Source of the DNA: Sphyrna mokarran
Lineage: Eukaryota
DNA length: 64,000 bases
Assembly (NCBI GenBank): GCA_024679065.1
Contig: JAGIQG010000043.1
Span: forward strand, 2,170,001-2,234,000
Reading direction: 5' to 3'
Shown here piece after piece: positions 1 through 9,200 of the stretch. A model generated the notes under the pieces. It was not told the DNA's origin. It worked only from the letters and a program-made list of their open reading frames with translations, and ran no database searches. Each line of letters starts with the position of its first letter. The stretch's first letter is position 1. Made by a program: the position numbers and the translations under genes.

Positions 1-610
1 TCAGTCAGAGAAGTGAATCTCCGGGGAAGTTGGGCTGCAGTGAGTGAGTGACACTGGCATTGTTTAGAATCTGAACTTCCAGCACGCTCTTTGCGAAGTC
101 CGAGCAAATTTCCTGGGGCGTTAATGTCATCCAGTGAGATCTGGAGATGAAAGGAAAGAACAGCCGGTATGAGGGGATAGCGAGCATCGTTCTTTTTGCA
201 GCTTCCCTGTGTGTCACAGGACTGCAGCAGGTTTAAATATGGATTACTTGGAAATATTTCTTCCAGCTGCTGCTGGGGATCCTGACCCTTGCGTGAACTC
301 ACCCTTCCCATTCCTTTCCCTGATCTGGTGCGGGACTGTGAATGAAGGGACTTCCAGGAAGTGTTCCAACATCCAATACACAGTTAGAATTTGATGGGTG
401 TGGCGGTAGTTTTCCTTAAAAAAAGTTTTTTTTTTATTTGAATCATGATCTCTGCAGATCTCACCGTTAGTTTTTCTCAGCTCATAGCCTGAGATGATGT
501 CATTGGTAGGAAGAGAAAAAAAGTGTGCCAATCAGGTGAGGAAGTTTGGTTTTAAGTTGTTTTGGCCGCTGCGTCATAAGCAGAGCCTCATGAAGTCTCT
601 CTGTCTTCTG

Positions 611-626
611 TTTTATTTTATTTATT
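611..626 (-). terminator. Polyadenylation signal cluster (overlapping AATAAA) of gene A1
   Basis: Plus strand ttttattttatttatt reads as overlapping AATAAA on minus, ~390 nt after the stop; the same run occurs at ~50305-50320 after A2. Confidence 0.55.
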
Positions 627-1016
627 GGTCAATAGAAACATTTGATGCAGCGTTATAATCGAAGAAAAAATGATTTTATTTACATAAAGGAATGTTCAAA
701 CAATTAACAATCTCACCAGTCACTGGAGTTCCACAATATGCCATTGAAGATTTTGAAAAAAAAACAAGGAATTACTTAGTGTGTTACTTCACACTTGTAT
801 GGCCTTAATACTGTAAAATATCTTTCACAAAGCTGATGAAACTCGTTATACGTTTGACAAAATGAGTCAGTCTTTCTAATCTGTGGCCAGTATGCGAGGA
901 ACATTTAGCAGTTTGACGGGGATGTACTTGCTCCCATGTTGATATCCACAGGGCAGAACACACATTAGTAATCCCAGTCTCGTGTATAATACATCACAGA
1001 CAAAACACACAGATTC

Positions 1017-1094
1017 TCATTTCCGGATCTTCTTTTTTGACCTTTTTTCCAATGCAGCCAAATCCAGGGAGATGTAGAGAGGTCCATCCTGAGA
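1017..1094 (-). CDS. A1 exon 6, Tyr-motif tail SQDGPLYISLDLAALEKRSKKKIRK*
   Basis: tttcccag| acceptor, phase 0, YxxL motif, TGA at 1019-1017; matches the A2 last exon. Confidence 0.72.
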   Translation of the reverse strand, partial: SQDGPLYISLDLAALEKRSKKKIRK

Positions 1095-1197
1095 CTGGGA
1101 AATATATTAAATAGAAATGCTCGAAGTGGTTAAAATAAAGGACTGTTTCCCAAAATTCATTTCGATGTATTTATTACAGGGGGTTCATTGCACTCAC

Positions 1198-1247
1198 CTG
1201 TATTCTACGCTGCGTTTTCAAGTTTGCCACTTTTTGACCGTCATCCC
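1198..1247 (-). CDS. A1 exon 5, cytoplasmic (GDDGQKVANLKTQRRIQ)
   Basis: cacag| acceptor and CAG|GTGAGT donor; 50 nt, phase 1 to 0; conserved in A2. Confidence 0.7.
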
Positions 1248-1426
1248 CTGTGAGTTAAGGGTTAAATTACGAATTGAAATGTCACCCAAGCTATAGAATC
1301 TGTAAGTACATAGAAACATCGCGCGCCAATGACCACCTGTTTGTCAACAATTTAACGTGTGTTTTACAGAATCAGAAGTGTGCTTACATTAACTCTGCAA
1401 AGATGTTCCTATAAAAATCTCTCTCT

Positions 1427-1648
1427 CGCCACATCCCAGTGTTTGTTTTCCTGCACTGAGAGAGAACTTAGCATTGCCAACTCACCTAAGTAGCACCTCG
1501 TTTGGATTGTGGGCGGAGCACATGGAAAAAACACACGCGCACACAGGGAAAACATGCAGACTCGGCATAGACAGATACTCAAGCTAGGAATCGAACAAAG
1601 GTCCCTGATTTTGCGGGAGAGCAGTGCGAAGTACTGTGCCACCATGTC
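1427..1648 (-). mobile_element. tRNA-derived V-SINE (HE1-like)
   Basis: Reverse complement has A-box (GGTGGCACAGT) and B-box-like (GTTCGATTCC) motifs and the central SINE domain; paralogous copy at ~51105-51325. Confidence 0.7.
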
Positions 1649-1961
1649 ATTGCTTTAGGTTGCTAGGCTACAATCATTAACACACAGTCCACTGAAATTT
1701 CACCAACGTGACAAATATTCCACAATTCTTCAGAGGCAGTTAGATATGACATTGCACGTGAAGGGGACCAAAGGATGTGGGGAGAAGGCGCGATCATGCT
1801 ATTGAATTGGGTGATCACCCATGATCATAGTGAATGGCGAAGCAGCAGCGAAGGACAGATTGGTATCTTCCTGCTCCTATTTTGAATGTTTCTAAGTTAA
1901 GTGGCCAATGGATGAATGAGGAAAATCTCATGCCATTATCTGTCGCTGATTGTCCACCACA

Positions 1962-2262
1962 GGGCGGCACGGTAGCACGGTGGTTAGCACTGCTGCTTCA
2001 CAGCCCCAGGGACCTGAGTTCGATTCCTAGCTTGGGTCACTGCCTGTGTAGGGTTTGCACATACTTCTCGTTTCCTCCGGGTGCTCCGATTTCCTCCCAC
2101 AGTCCAAAGATGTGCGGGTCTGGTTGATTGGCCTTAGTGTTCTGAGATGCGTGTGTTCGAGGGGTTAGCGGGTGAATATTGAGGTAGAGCGGGGTGGAAT
2201 TGTGTTCAGTACAGAATCGATGGACCAAATGGCCTATTTCTGTACAGTAGAGTTTCTATCAT
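1962..2262 (+). mobile_element. tRNA-derived V-SINE (HE1-like) with CR1-type 3' tail
   Basis: gggcggcacggtagcacggtggttagcactgctgc...gttcgattcc...tttcctccgggtgctccg...ggaccaaatggcct...ttctat; paralogous copy at ~51635-51960. Confidence 0.8.
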
Positions 2263-2704
2263 ATGTGTTAGTATCAACAATTTCCCCGTTTATGAAACCA
2301 ACCTCTGCACGCCTCGATGATATGTTTTTGTGTGGCAAAGCTCAAATTTGATGCGGGAAAAGAATACCAAATGAATGTTCTATCTGGTCTATCACATCTC
2401 AGATGCTGCACATTGTTGAAAGTAGGATTGTCCGATGATCTTATATAATTCATAGAAAATAGAGGCACACACTCTGGAATTTGTTTTCGGATTGAAGTAA
2501 GTCTGACAAAGTATAAGAGAGAGCAGGAGGGGACAATGAACAATGTTGAACTTTGCACACTGTTCTCATACGTTTCATTTGGGGACCCTATATGTCTGTC
2601 TTCTGAAATAGAAGAAAATATAATGAGCTAATTAAAAACTGCCAAGAGGAAATCATACTGAGGAAAAAGATATTAAATTTTCTCAGGGAATCATTAATCC
2701 TCAC

Positions 2705-2807
2705 CTGATCTACCATTTTTTACAACTCCAAATGAAAATGAAGACTGACAGTTGAATCAATATGACTAGGACACGAATTCCAGAAGAAACGACCTCTCTG
2801 CACCAAT
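2705..2807 (-). CDS. A1 exon 4, Cys-stalk + TM (DWCREVVSSGIRVLVILIQLSVFIFIWSCKKW*)
   Basis: ctctttag| acceptor and G|GTGAGG donor; homologous to the 102-nt A2 TM exon; one extra base in the A-run region gives TAG right after the TM. Confidence 0.75.
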
Positions 2808-3671
2808 CTAAAGAGAAGATAAAAACACTTAGAAAATGTGTAGTGAAAGGTCAGCTTGATATAAGGTAAAAGTAAACCACTGCGGACGCTGGAATCTGAA
2901 AGAGAAACAGAAAATACTGGAAAATTTCAGCAGGTCTGACAGAGTCTGAGGAGACAGAATAGAACCAACGATTCGAGTCCAGATAACTTTTCATCAGAGC
3001 TTTGAAGAAGGGTCATCTACACACGAGCTGTGAAGGGGACAATATATTCTGCATCCTCACATTTATTTCTCCCCTATATAGTCTATGAACAGTATGCCTT
3101 GTCTGTGCAGCGTGCAAGAGAGAATGTTAGAACATAGAACATCGAATATTACAGCCAGTACAGGCCGTTCGGCCCTCGATGTTGCGCCGGCCAGCGGACC
3201 CTCTAACCTAAACTATTCCAATATCATCCATATGCCGATCCACCGACCATTTGAATGCCCCCAAAGTAGGCCAGTCCACAAACTGGTGCAGGCAGGGCAT
3301 TCCACGCCCTCAAAACCCTCTGTGTAAAGAACCTGCCTCTGAAATATTCGCTCAATTCTCTACCCACAGATGCCGTCAGAACTTCTGAGATTTTTCAGCA
3401 TTTTCTGATTTGGTATAAGGTCTGACGGCAGCAAGGGAGAAGCTGCTCTTCCGTCTGTTTGTACGTGATGTCAAACTTTGGTATATTTTCCTCGATGAAA
3501 TAAGGTGGAAGAGATAATGTCCGGGCTGAGTGCTATCCTTGATTATGTTGACAGCTTTTCTAAGACAGTGAGAAGTGTAGATTTGCTTCACTCCTTTTCG
3601 GTTCTGTGACTCGATTTCGAATCTCTGGATCTTCTATGCTTTCCTAACAGCCTGACATCTCCAATGATTTG

Positions 3672-4205
3672 CAGGTGGCAGCATGGTGTTACAGTGATTT
3701 TCAGTGCTGTCTCACAGGGCCAGGGAACCTTGTTCTATTCCCGCCTTGGGTGCTTGTCTGTGTGGAGTTGGCACATTTCCCCCTCTCTATATGTCTTTCC
3801 TTCGGCTGCTCTGCTTTCCCCCCACAGTCCAAAAATGGGCAGGTTAGTTGGATTGCGCCTTAGTGTCCATCAATGTGTGGTTTCGTTGGATTGGCCAAGC
3901 TAAATTACCCCTTAGTGTGCAGCAATGTGCCGATTAGTTGGATTGGCCATTCTAAGTTGCCCATTAGTGTCCAGCAATGCTTGGTTTAGAATGATTGGCC
4001 ACGCTAAATTGCCCTGTAATTGTTCAGAATGTGCATATTGGATGGATTTGCCATGCTAAACTGCCACTTAGCATCCCAAGGTGCGTAGGTTACGGGGATT
4101 CGCGGCTAAGTATGTGGGTTATGGGGATGGGGCCTGGGTCAGATGAAAGTCAGTGAGGACTTGATGAGGTAAAGGTCCTCCTTCTTCACTGTAGGATTGT
4201 ATAAT
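3672..4205 (+). mobile_element. V-SINE with internal ~52-bp tandem amplification
   Basis: SINE head followed by repeated ggattggcc..gctaaattgccc.ttagtgt units. Confidence 0.7.
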
Positions 4206-4392
4206 TTGAATAGATTCACGGCCAGGTAATTATTTTCCGAGTGATGAAAGAGTTGGAATCGTTTCCAACAATCCAAATTCAATATTTGCTCTTAATTCAG
4301 ATAAAAGAGAAACAATGGGAAGAGCTAATCCAGTCAATCCCTCGAGCGTATTGCCATATGATGATGGGGGATTAATAATGATTTATAATGTT

Positions 4393-5380
4393 ACATAGAA
4401 CATAGAACATTACAGCACAGAACAGGCCCTTCGGCCTTCGATGTTGCGCCGACCATTATAAAAAGCAATGCCCCTCCAAACTAAACCATTCCCTTCTCTT
4501 CCATATACTTATCAACTAACCTCTTAAACGCCACCAAACTTGCGCATCCACAACTGCTGCAGGCAGGGCATTCCACTCCCGAACCACCCTTTGGGTAAAG
4601 AACCTACCTCTGATATCCGTCCTATAACTATCACCCCTTAATTTAAAGCTGTGTCCCCTCGTGCTAGCTTTCTCCATCCTAGGAAAAAGGTATCACTGTC
4701 CACCCTATCTAAACCTCTAATCATCTTATATGTTTCGATTAGGTCTCCTCTTAGCCGCCTCCTTTCTAATGAAAACAACCTCAAATCCCTCAGCCTCTCC
4801 TCATAAGACCTGCCCTCCATACCAGGCAACATCCTGGTAAACCTCCTCTGTACCCTCTCCAATGCCTCCACATCTTTCTTATAATGTGGGGACAGAACTG
4901 CACACAATACTCCAAGTGCGGCCGCACTAGAGTTTTGTACAGTTGCAACATGACGTTGCGGCTCCGAAATTCAATCCCTCTCCCAATAAAAGCCAAGCCT
5001 CCATATGCCTTCCTAACAACCTTCTCGACCTGACTGCCTACTTTCAGGGATCTATGCACATACACACCAAGATCCCTCTGTTCATCTAGACTACTAAGAA
5101 TCCTACCATTTGCCCTATACTCTACACATTTATTATTTCTGCTATAGTGCATTACCTCATACTTTTCCACATTAAACTCCATTTGCCACCTCTCGGCCCA
5201 GCTCTGCAACTTGTCCAAGTCCCTCTGCAAACTATAACACCCCTCTTCACTATCTACCACTCCACCGACTCTAGTGTCATCTGCAAATTTACTAATCCAT
5301 CCTTCAATACCCTCATCCAGATCATTTATAAAAATTACAAACAGCAGGGGCCCCAAAACAGACCTCTGAGGTACACCATA
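4393..5380 (-). mobile_element. Young CR1 LINE 3' fragment (RT C-terminus + tail), specific to duplication copy 1
   Basis: ORF GPLLFVIFINDLDEG...SKFADDT...[16 protein letters not shown]; (ttctatg)n tail; empty site gtgttactgacat at ~57721 in copy 2. Confidence 0.92.
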
Positions 5381-5869
5381 CTGACATGAGGATGGAAAAT
5401 TTAAATATAACTCTTATGTGAGGAGGTAGATTTAGATTGATTAATAGGCTTCCCTGAAGCAAAGTGAGGTAAATTAATTCACAGCCCTTCCGGGCAAAGA
5501 TGTCAATTTCGCCTCTTGTCTATGGTCTGTTTGTGTTGTTTGCAGTATAGAACTGATCTCATTTCCATTCTTAGAATCACTCTCCATAAAAGGAGGATGG
5601 GAGCAAATAATAAACTTCAAAAGAGAAATCACTTCTTGACATGGAGGTGAAAACCTGAAAGGGCGAGGGGTAAAATGGTGAGCAGAACAACATCGCTGTT
5701 TTGAAGAATGATTCTCTGCATAGAAGACTGAATGAGATATTTCTGGGTGCATTGCTCAGAGATTCTTACATGTTTTCAGGAATATAAAGCGAAACGTGGA
5801 AGTGTGTATCTAACGTGAACCTACTCTGGGTAGGTGCAACCAATGCAGTCTGACATATTTTATCAATTG

Positions 5870-5898
5870 ATCGCACATACACGCTCAGATAAGTAATT

Positions 5899-5956
<58 letters not shown>

Positions 5957-6930
5957 ATACACTCAGATATATGTCGATATACAACGCTTAGATATTTATG
6001 TATATACAAACATAGACAAAAACGCTCAATATTTCTCTTTATGCACACATTTACACGCACGCTCAGATACTTACCCATACGCACAAATAGACACACATCC
6101 GTTCAGATATTTATTTATGTACAACACATAGACACACATTTGGCTCATATATTTACAGATACACAGACATAGACACACATTCTCAGATCTTTATCCATAC
6201 GCACATGCAAGCTTAGTTATATGTATGTATGTTTATATATTATATATATATATTCTCAGACATATATATATATATTATAACCTCACGCCCATTTACGTAT
6301 CCATATACACATATTCAGATATATAACTACATACACACACAAGTTCCGATATTTATCTACATTCACAGTTCAGATATATAATCATATGCACAGATGTTCA
6401 GGTATGTATTAATACACACACGTCTAAGTCTGAGATATCCACGAACAGACTCAAAAACTGCTTCTTTCTTGCTGCCTTCGGGCTTTTGAATGCACCTATC
6501 TTGCAATAAGCTAATCTTTCTCTAAACGTTAACTGTGTGTAAAACAACATGCTGTACTCTCTCCTTTCATTCACCCCGTGAACTGTATGAACGTCATGCT
6601 TTGTCAAAATAGCATACAAGAAATTATACATTTCACTGTATACTAATGCATGAAAAATAATGCTTCAAATGAAATCAAATGCACATATGCTCAGGGANNN
6701 NNNNNNNNNNNNNNNNNNNNNNNNNNNNNNNNNNNNNNNNNNNNNNNNNNNNNNNNNNNNNNNNNNNNNNNNNNNNNNNNNNNNNNNNNNNNNNNNNNNN
6801 NNNNNNNNNNNNNNNNNNNNNNNNNNNCACACACAAACAAACGCACACACGCATAGTCAGAATCCCATATATGTTTATACATACAAACACGCACACACGT
6901 ACAAACATACACACACGCACACATATGCCA
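5870..6930. repeat. (CA)n microsatellite and CTCAGATAT/CA compound repeat with N gap 6698-6827; includes a Rex1 tail fragment
   Basis: Seen directly; the related array lies at ~58330-59320 in copy 2. Confidence 0.85.
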
Positions 6931-7010
6931 AGATGGCCTGGTTCTACTAAACTAATCCACTTATCTCTAAAGTTGAATAGAAACCTTCATAATACACAGT
7001 AGCATCTCAC

Positions 7011-7341
7011 CTTTCCAATTTTCAGTTGCCTTAGGAAACGAAACACTTTTTGTCCAATATTTCCTCGGAGTCCCCAGTTGAGCAATACAATTACAGATAG
7101 CGCCGCTTCTCCACGTTACCCCCGACACCATGACGTTACACCTGACGGGAGGAGGTCCCGTCCTCCTCCATTGTCCCTGGATCAGTCGATCCTTCAGCGA
7201 CTAAACCGGAAATATTCCAGAAAACAGCAATCTGGTTGGAAGAAACTCCATTGACCAAACACACCAAGGGGACGGTATCATTCACATCCAGCTCATCCGG
7301 CGGGATAAATACCTGCACTGCCGTCTTGTTGGTAGAACTGT
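7011..7341 (-). CDS. A1 exon 3, C1-set Ig domain with +1 frameshift near 7147
   Basis: VPLVCLVNGVSSNQIAVFWN...EDGTSS then a premature TAA. Removing one base restores VRCNVMVSGVTWRSGAICNCIAQ...ENWK up to donor G|GTGAGA. Confidence 0.85.
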
Positions 7342-7431
7342 CTAGACAGAAATTGGGACATAGTTAACGATTTATTTACACCAAATGTTACTGCTGTGCA
7401 CAATCTAAATTCATTTCACTTGCTCTCTTAC

Positions 7432-7758
7432 CTCCAACTTGTAGTGTGGGTCCATTCTGGAGCGGTGCATTGCTATCCTTATCAGCACAGTAGTAGGAAC
7501 CCGAGTCATTCGCCTGGACATTGCGAATTTCCAGGATCAATTCACGTTTGTCGTGGCCTTTTTTAGAAATAAACTTACAATCAGCCTCCTGACAGGCTGG
7601 GATATCGATTACTTTCGGGATTTCACCAACATTTTGTTTGTACCAGAAATAGCTGGCCGCGACTTCCACCTCGAATTCCAGTTGACAGGTTAAATCCACC
7701 GTCTGGCCGACTTCGGCTGTCACTGTGAAGAGCCTTTGAGGTAGAGAGGAGTCGGAAT
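7432..7758 (-). CDS. A1 exon 2, V-set Ig domain with degenerate J-like strand
   Basis: ttacag| acceptor; GQTVDLTC...YFWYKQ...LEIRNVQANDSGSYYC...LQNGPTLQVG; donor G|GTAAGA; 327 nt open. Confidence 0.92.
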
Positions 7759-7967
7759 CTGTAACTAGAGAGATTATTCAAACATTACCACATATTTCAA
7801 CATAGAAAGTAGCCTTTTGGGAAAAAAACGCTGTAAATTAAGAACAGTTTCATTATTATCTTCAATTATACTTCTGCAGATTATTTCCCAAGTTGTGTTT
7901 TCTTCGCTTGAAAGGAGGAAGCTGAAAATCCCTTGTACCGATAATTAAGTCGTATTTGTAGTGCTGT

Positions 7968-8300
7968 AGCCGGGCGGCATGTGTTTGGCACCTTTGGCTC
8001 ACGGCGCTGGGGACCAGGATTCAATTCCTGGCCTGGGTCACTGCCTGTGCACGTTCTCCCCGTGCCTGCATGGGAGTTTCCTCCCACTCACCGAAAGCTG
8101 TGCTGGTTCGGTGCATTGGCCGTGCTAAATTCTGCCTCTATGTAACCGTACTGGCGCAGGTGTGTGGCGACTGGAGTCTTTTCATAGTAACTTCATTGCA
8201 GAGTCGATGCAAAAGTGAAGATTACTAGTCACAAGTGAGGCTTACACTAACATTGGAATGTGAAATTCCCCTGGAAGCCGACTTGTGGCACTAATGCTTA
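7968..8300 (+). mobile_element. tRNA-derived SINE in A1 intron 1
   Basis: gggcggcatg...ggcacctttggctcacggcgctggggaccaggattcaattcc head; shared with A2 intron 1. Confidence 0.65.
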
Positions 8301-8353
8301 AGAAACTAACTTGGCTGCTGCCATTTTCAATGTCTCACCTGGCAAATACTCAC

Positions 8354-8408
8354 CATGAGACCACAACGCATGGAGAATGAGTATCAGGGATAAAGATTGC
8401 TGGGGCAT
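8354..8408 (-). CDS. A1 exon 1, signal peptide MPQQSLSLILILHALWSH
   Basis: ATG at 8408, hydrophobic core, phase-1 donor G|GTGAGT; a second in-frame donor G|GTGAGA lies 15 nt downstream (exon end 8339); conserved in A2. Confidence 0.8.
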
Positions 8409-8409
8409 T

Positions 8410-8575
8410 TTGCACAGATGAGCAATATCTCCCTGTTTCCACTCACACCAGTTTGTTTTTGCTGAGAGGTCCGAGGACTGACCTGGTCTCAGAGCCAGTT
8501 AATTGTTGCACTTTATGATTGGGTGGAAACTGTGACAAGAGACAATGGAAAGTGTGACATAGTACTGATGACGTT
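8410..8575 (-). promoter_or_regulatory. Putative 5' UTR/proximal promoter of gene A1
   Basis: Non-repeat sequence upstream of the ATG, almost identical to 60772-60935 while neighbouring repeats are clearly diverged; contains CCAAT (minus) and GGAAAGTG/GGAAACTG motifs. Confidence 0.45.
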
Positions 8576-8859
8576 GCGCTGCTGAATGCATTTGACGCAC
8601 TGTGATCGCCGCCTACGTGTCACAGGATCAAGTGATAGAACATTCACGCAGAGCTTGACTGGTTTGACATACCGAGAGGACCACAAGCTAATCATTGTGC
8701 TGATATGTGCAGAATATGTAAGTTACAGGTTAATTTATTCTCAGGATATACAATACGGCGGCTTAGTTGAGAAGGGTGAGGGCGTTGATCTCACTGAAAC
8801 TTACAGAACACTGCAACGCCTTGTAAAGTGGACATGGAGAAGATCTTCAGAATATAATA

Positions 8860-9200
8860 GAATAGAAGCACTACAGTCCAGAAGGAGGCCATTTTAGCCG
8901 TTCGAGGTTGCACTGACAATGACACCAGCCAGGCAATATATCCGTAACGTATCTTACACTCTTAGCCCCCCTCCCCCCTCCACCTCTCCCCTTCACTCCC
9001 CCCACCCCGACACTAAGGGACAATTTAGCATGGCTAATCCAACAAACTTTGGATTGTTGGAGGAAACTGGAGCAACGACAGAAATCCCATGCAGACACTG
9101 CGAGAATGTGCAAACTCAACACAGTCACCCAAGACCGGAATTGAATCCGAGTCCCTAAGTGCAGTGAAGTAGCCGTGCTAAAAGCTGTGCCACCATCCAT
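8860..9200 (-). mobile_element. V-SINE (HE1-like)
   Basis: Reverse SINE head at ~9200 and CR1-like tail at ~8860. Confidence 0.7.

Larger units (their letters stand above)
1017..8408 (-). pseudogene. Gene A1: non-rearranging V(J)-C1-TM-cytoplasmic IgSF receptor (PRARP/VJC1-like); frameshifted in the C1 and TM exons, possibly functional via C1 skipping
   Basis: Six exons with canonical AG/GT and compatible phases: 8408-8354, 7758-7432, 7341-7011, 2807-2705, 1247-1198, 1094-1017. C1 exon is 331 nt (330 needed for frame) and TM exon 103 nt (102 in A2), each carrying a +1. Confidence 0.8.

Noticed and set aside
1962-2035. tRNA-like sequences with A and B boxes
   Set aside because: They are SINE heads that continue into the V-SINE body; not tRNA genes.
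5766-7002. His/Thr- or Val/Cys-rich ORFs (also 21187-22748, 26160-26761, 58892-59392)
   Set aside because: Translations of (CA)n/(TG)n tracts and N gaps.
7721-7727. CACAGTG heptamer (minus) in the A1 V exon, also in A2, as a possible RSS
   Set aside because: It lies inside the coding A strand (F-T-V) with no nonamer at 12 or 23 nt; no RSS was seen after any V.
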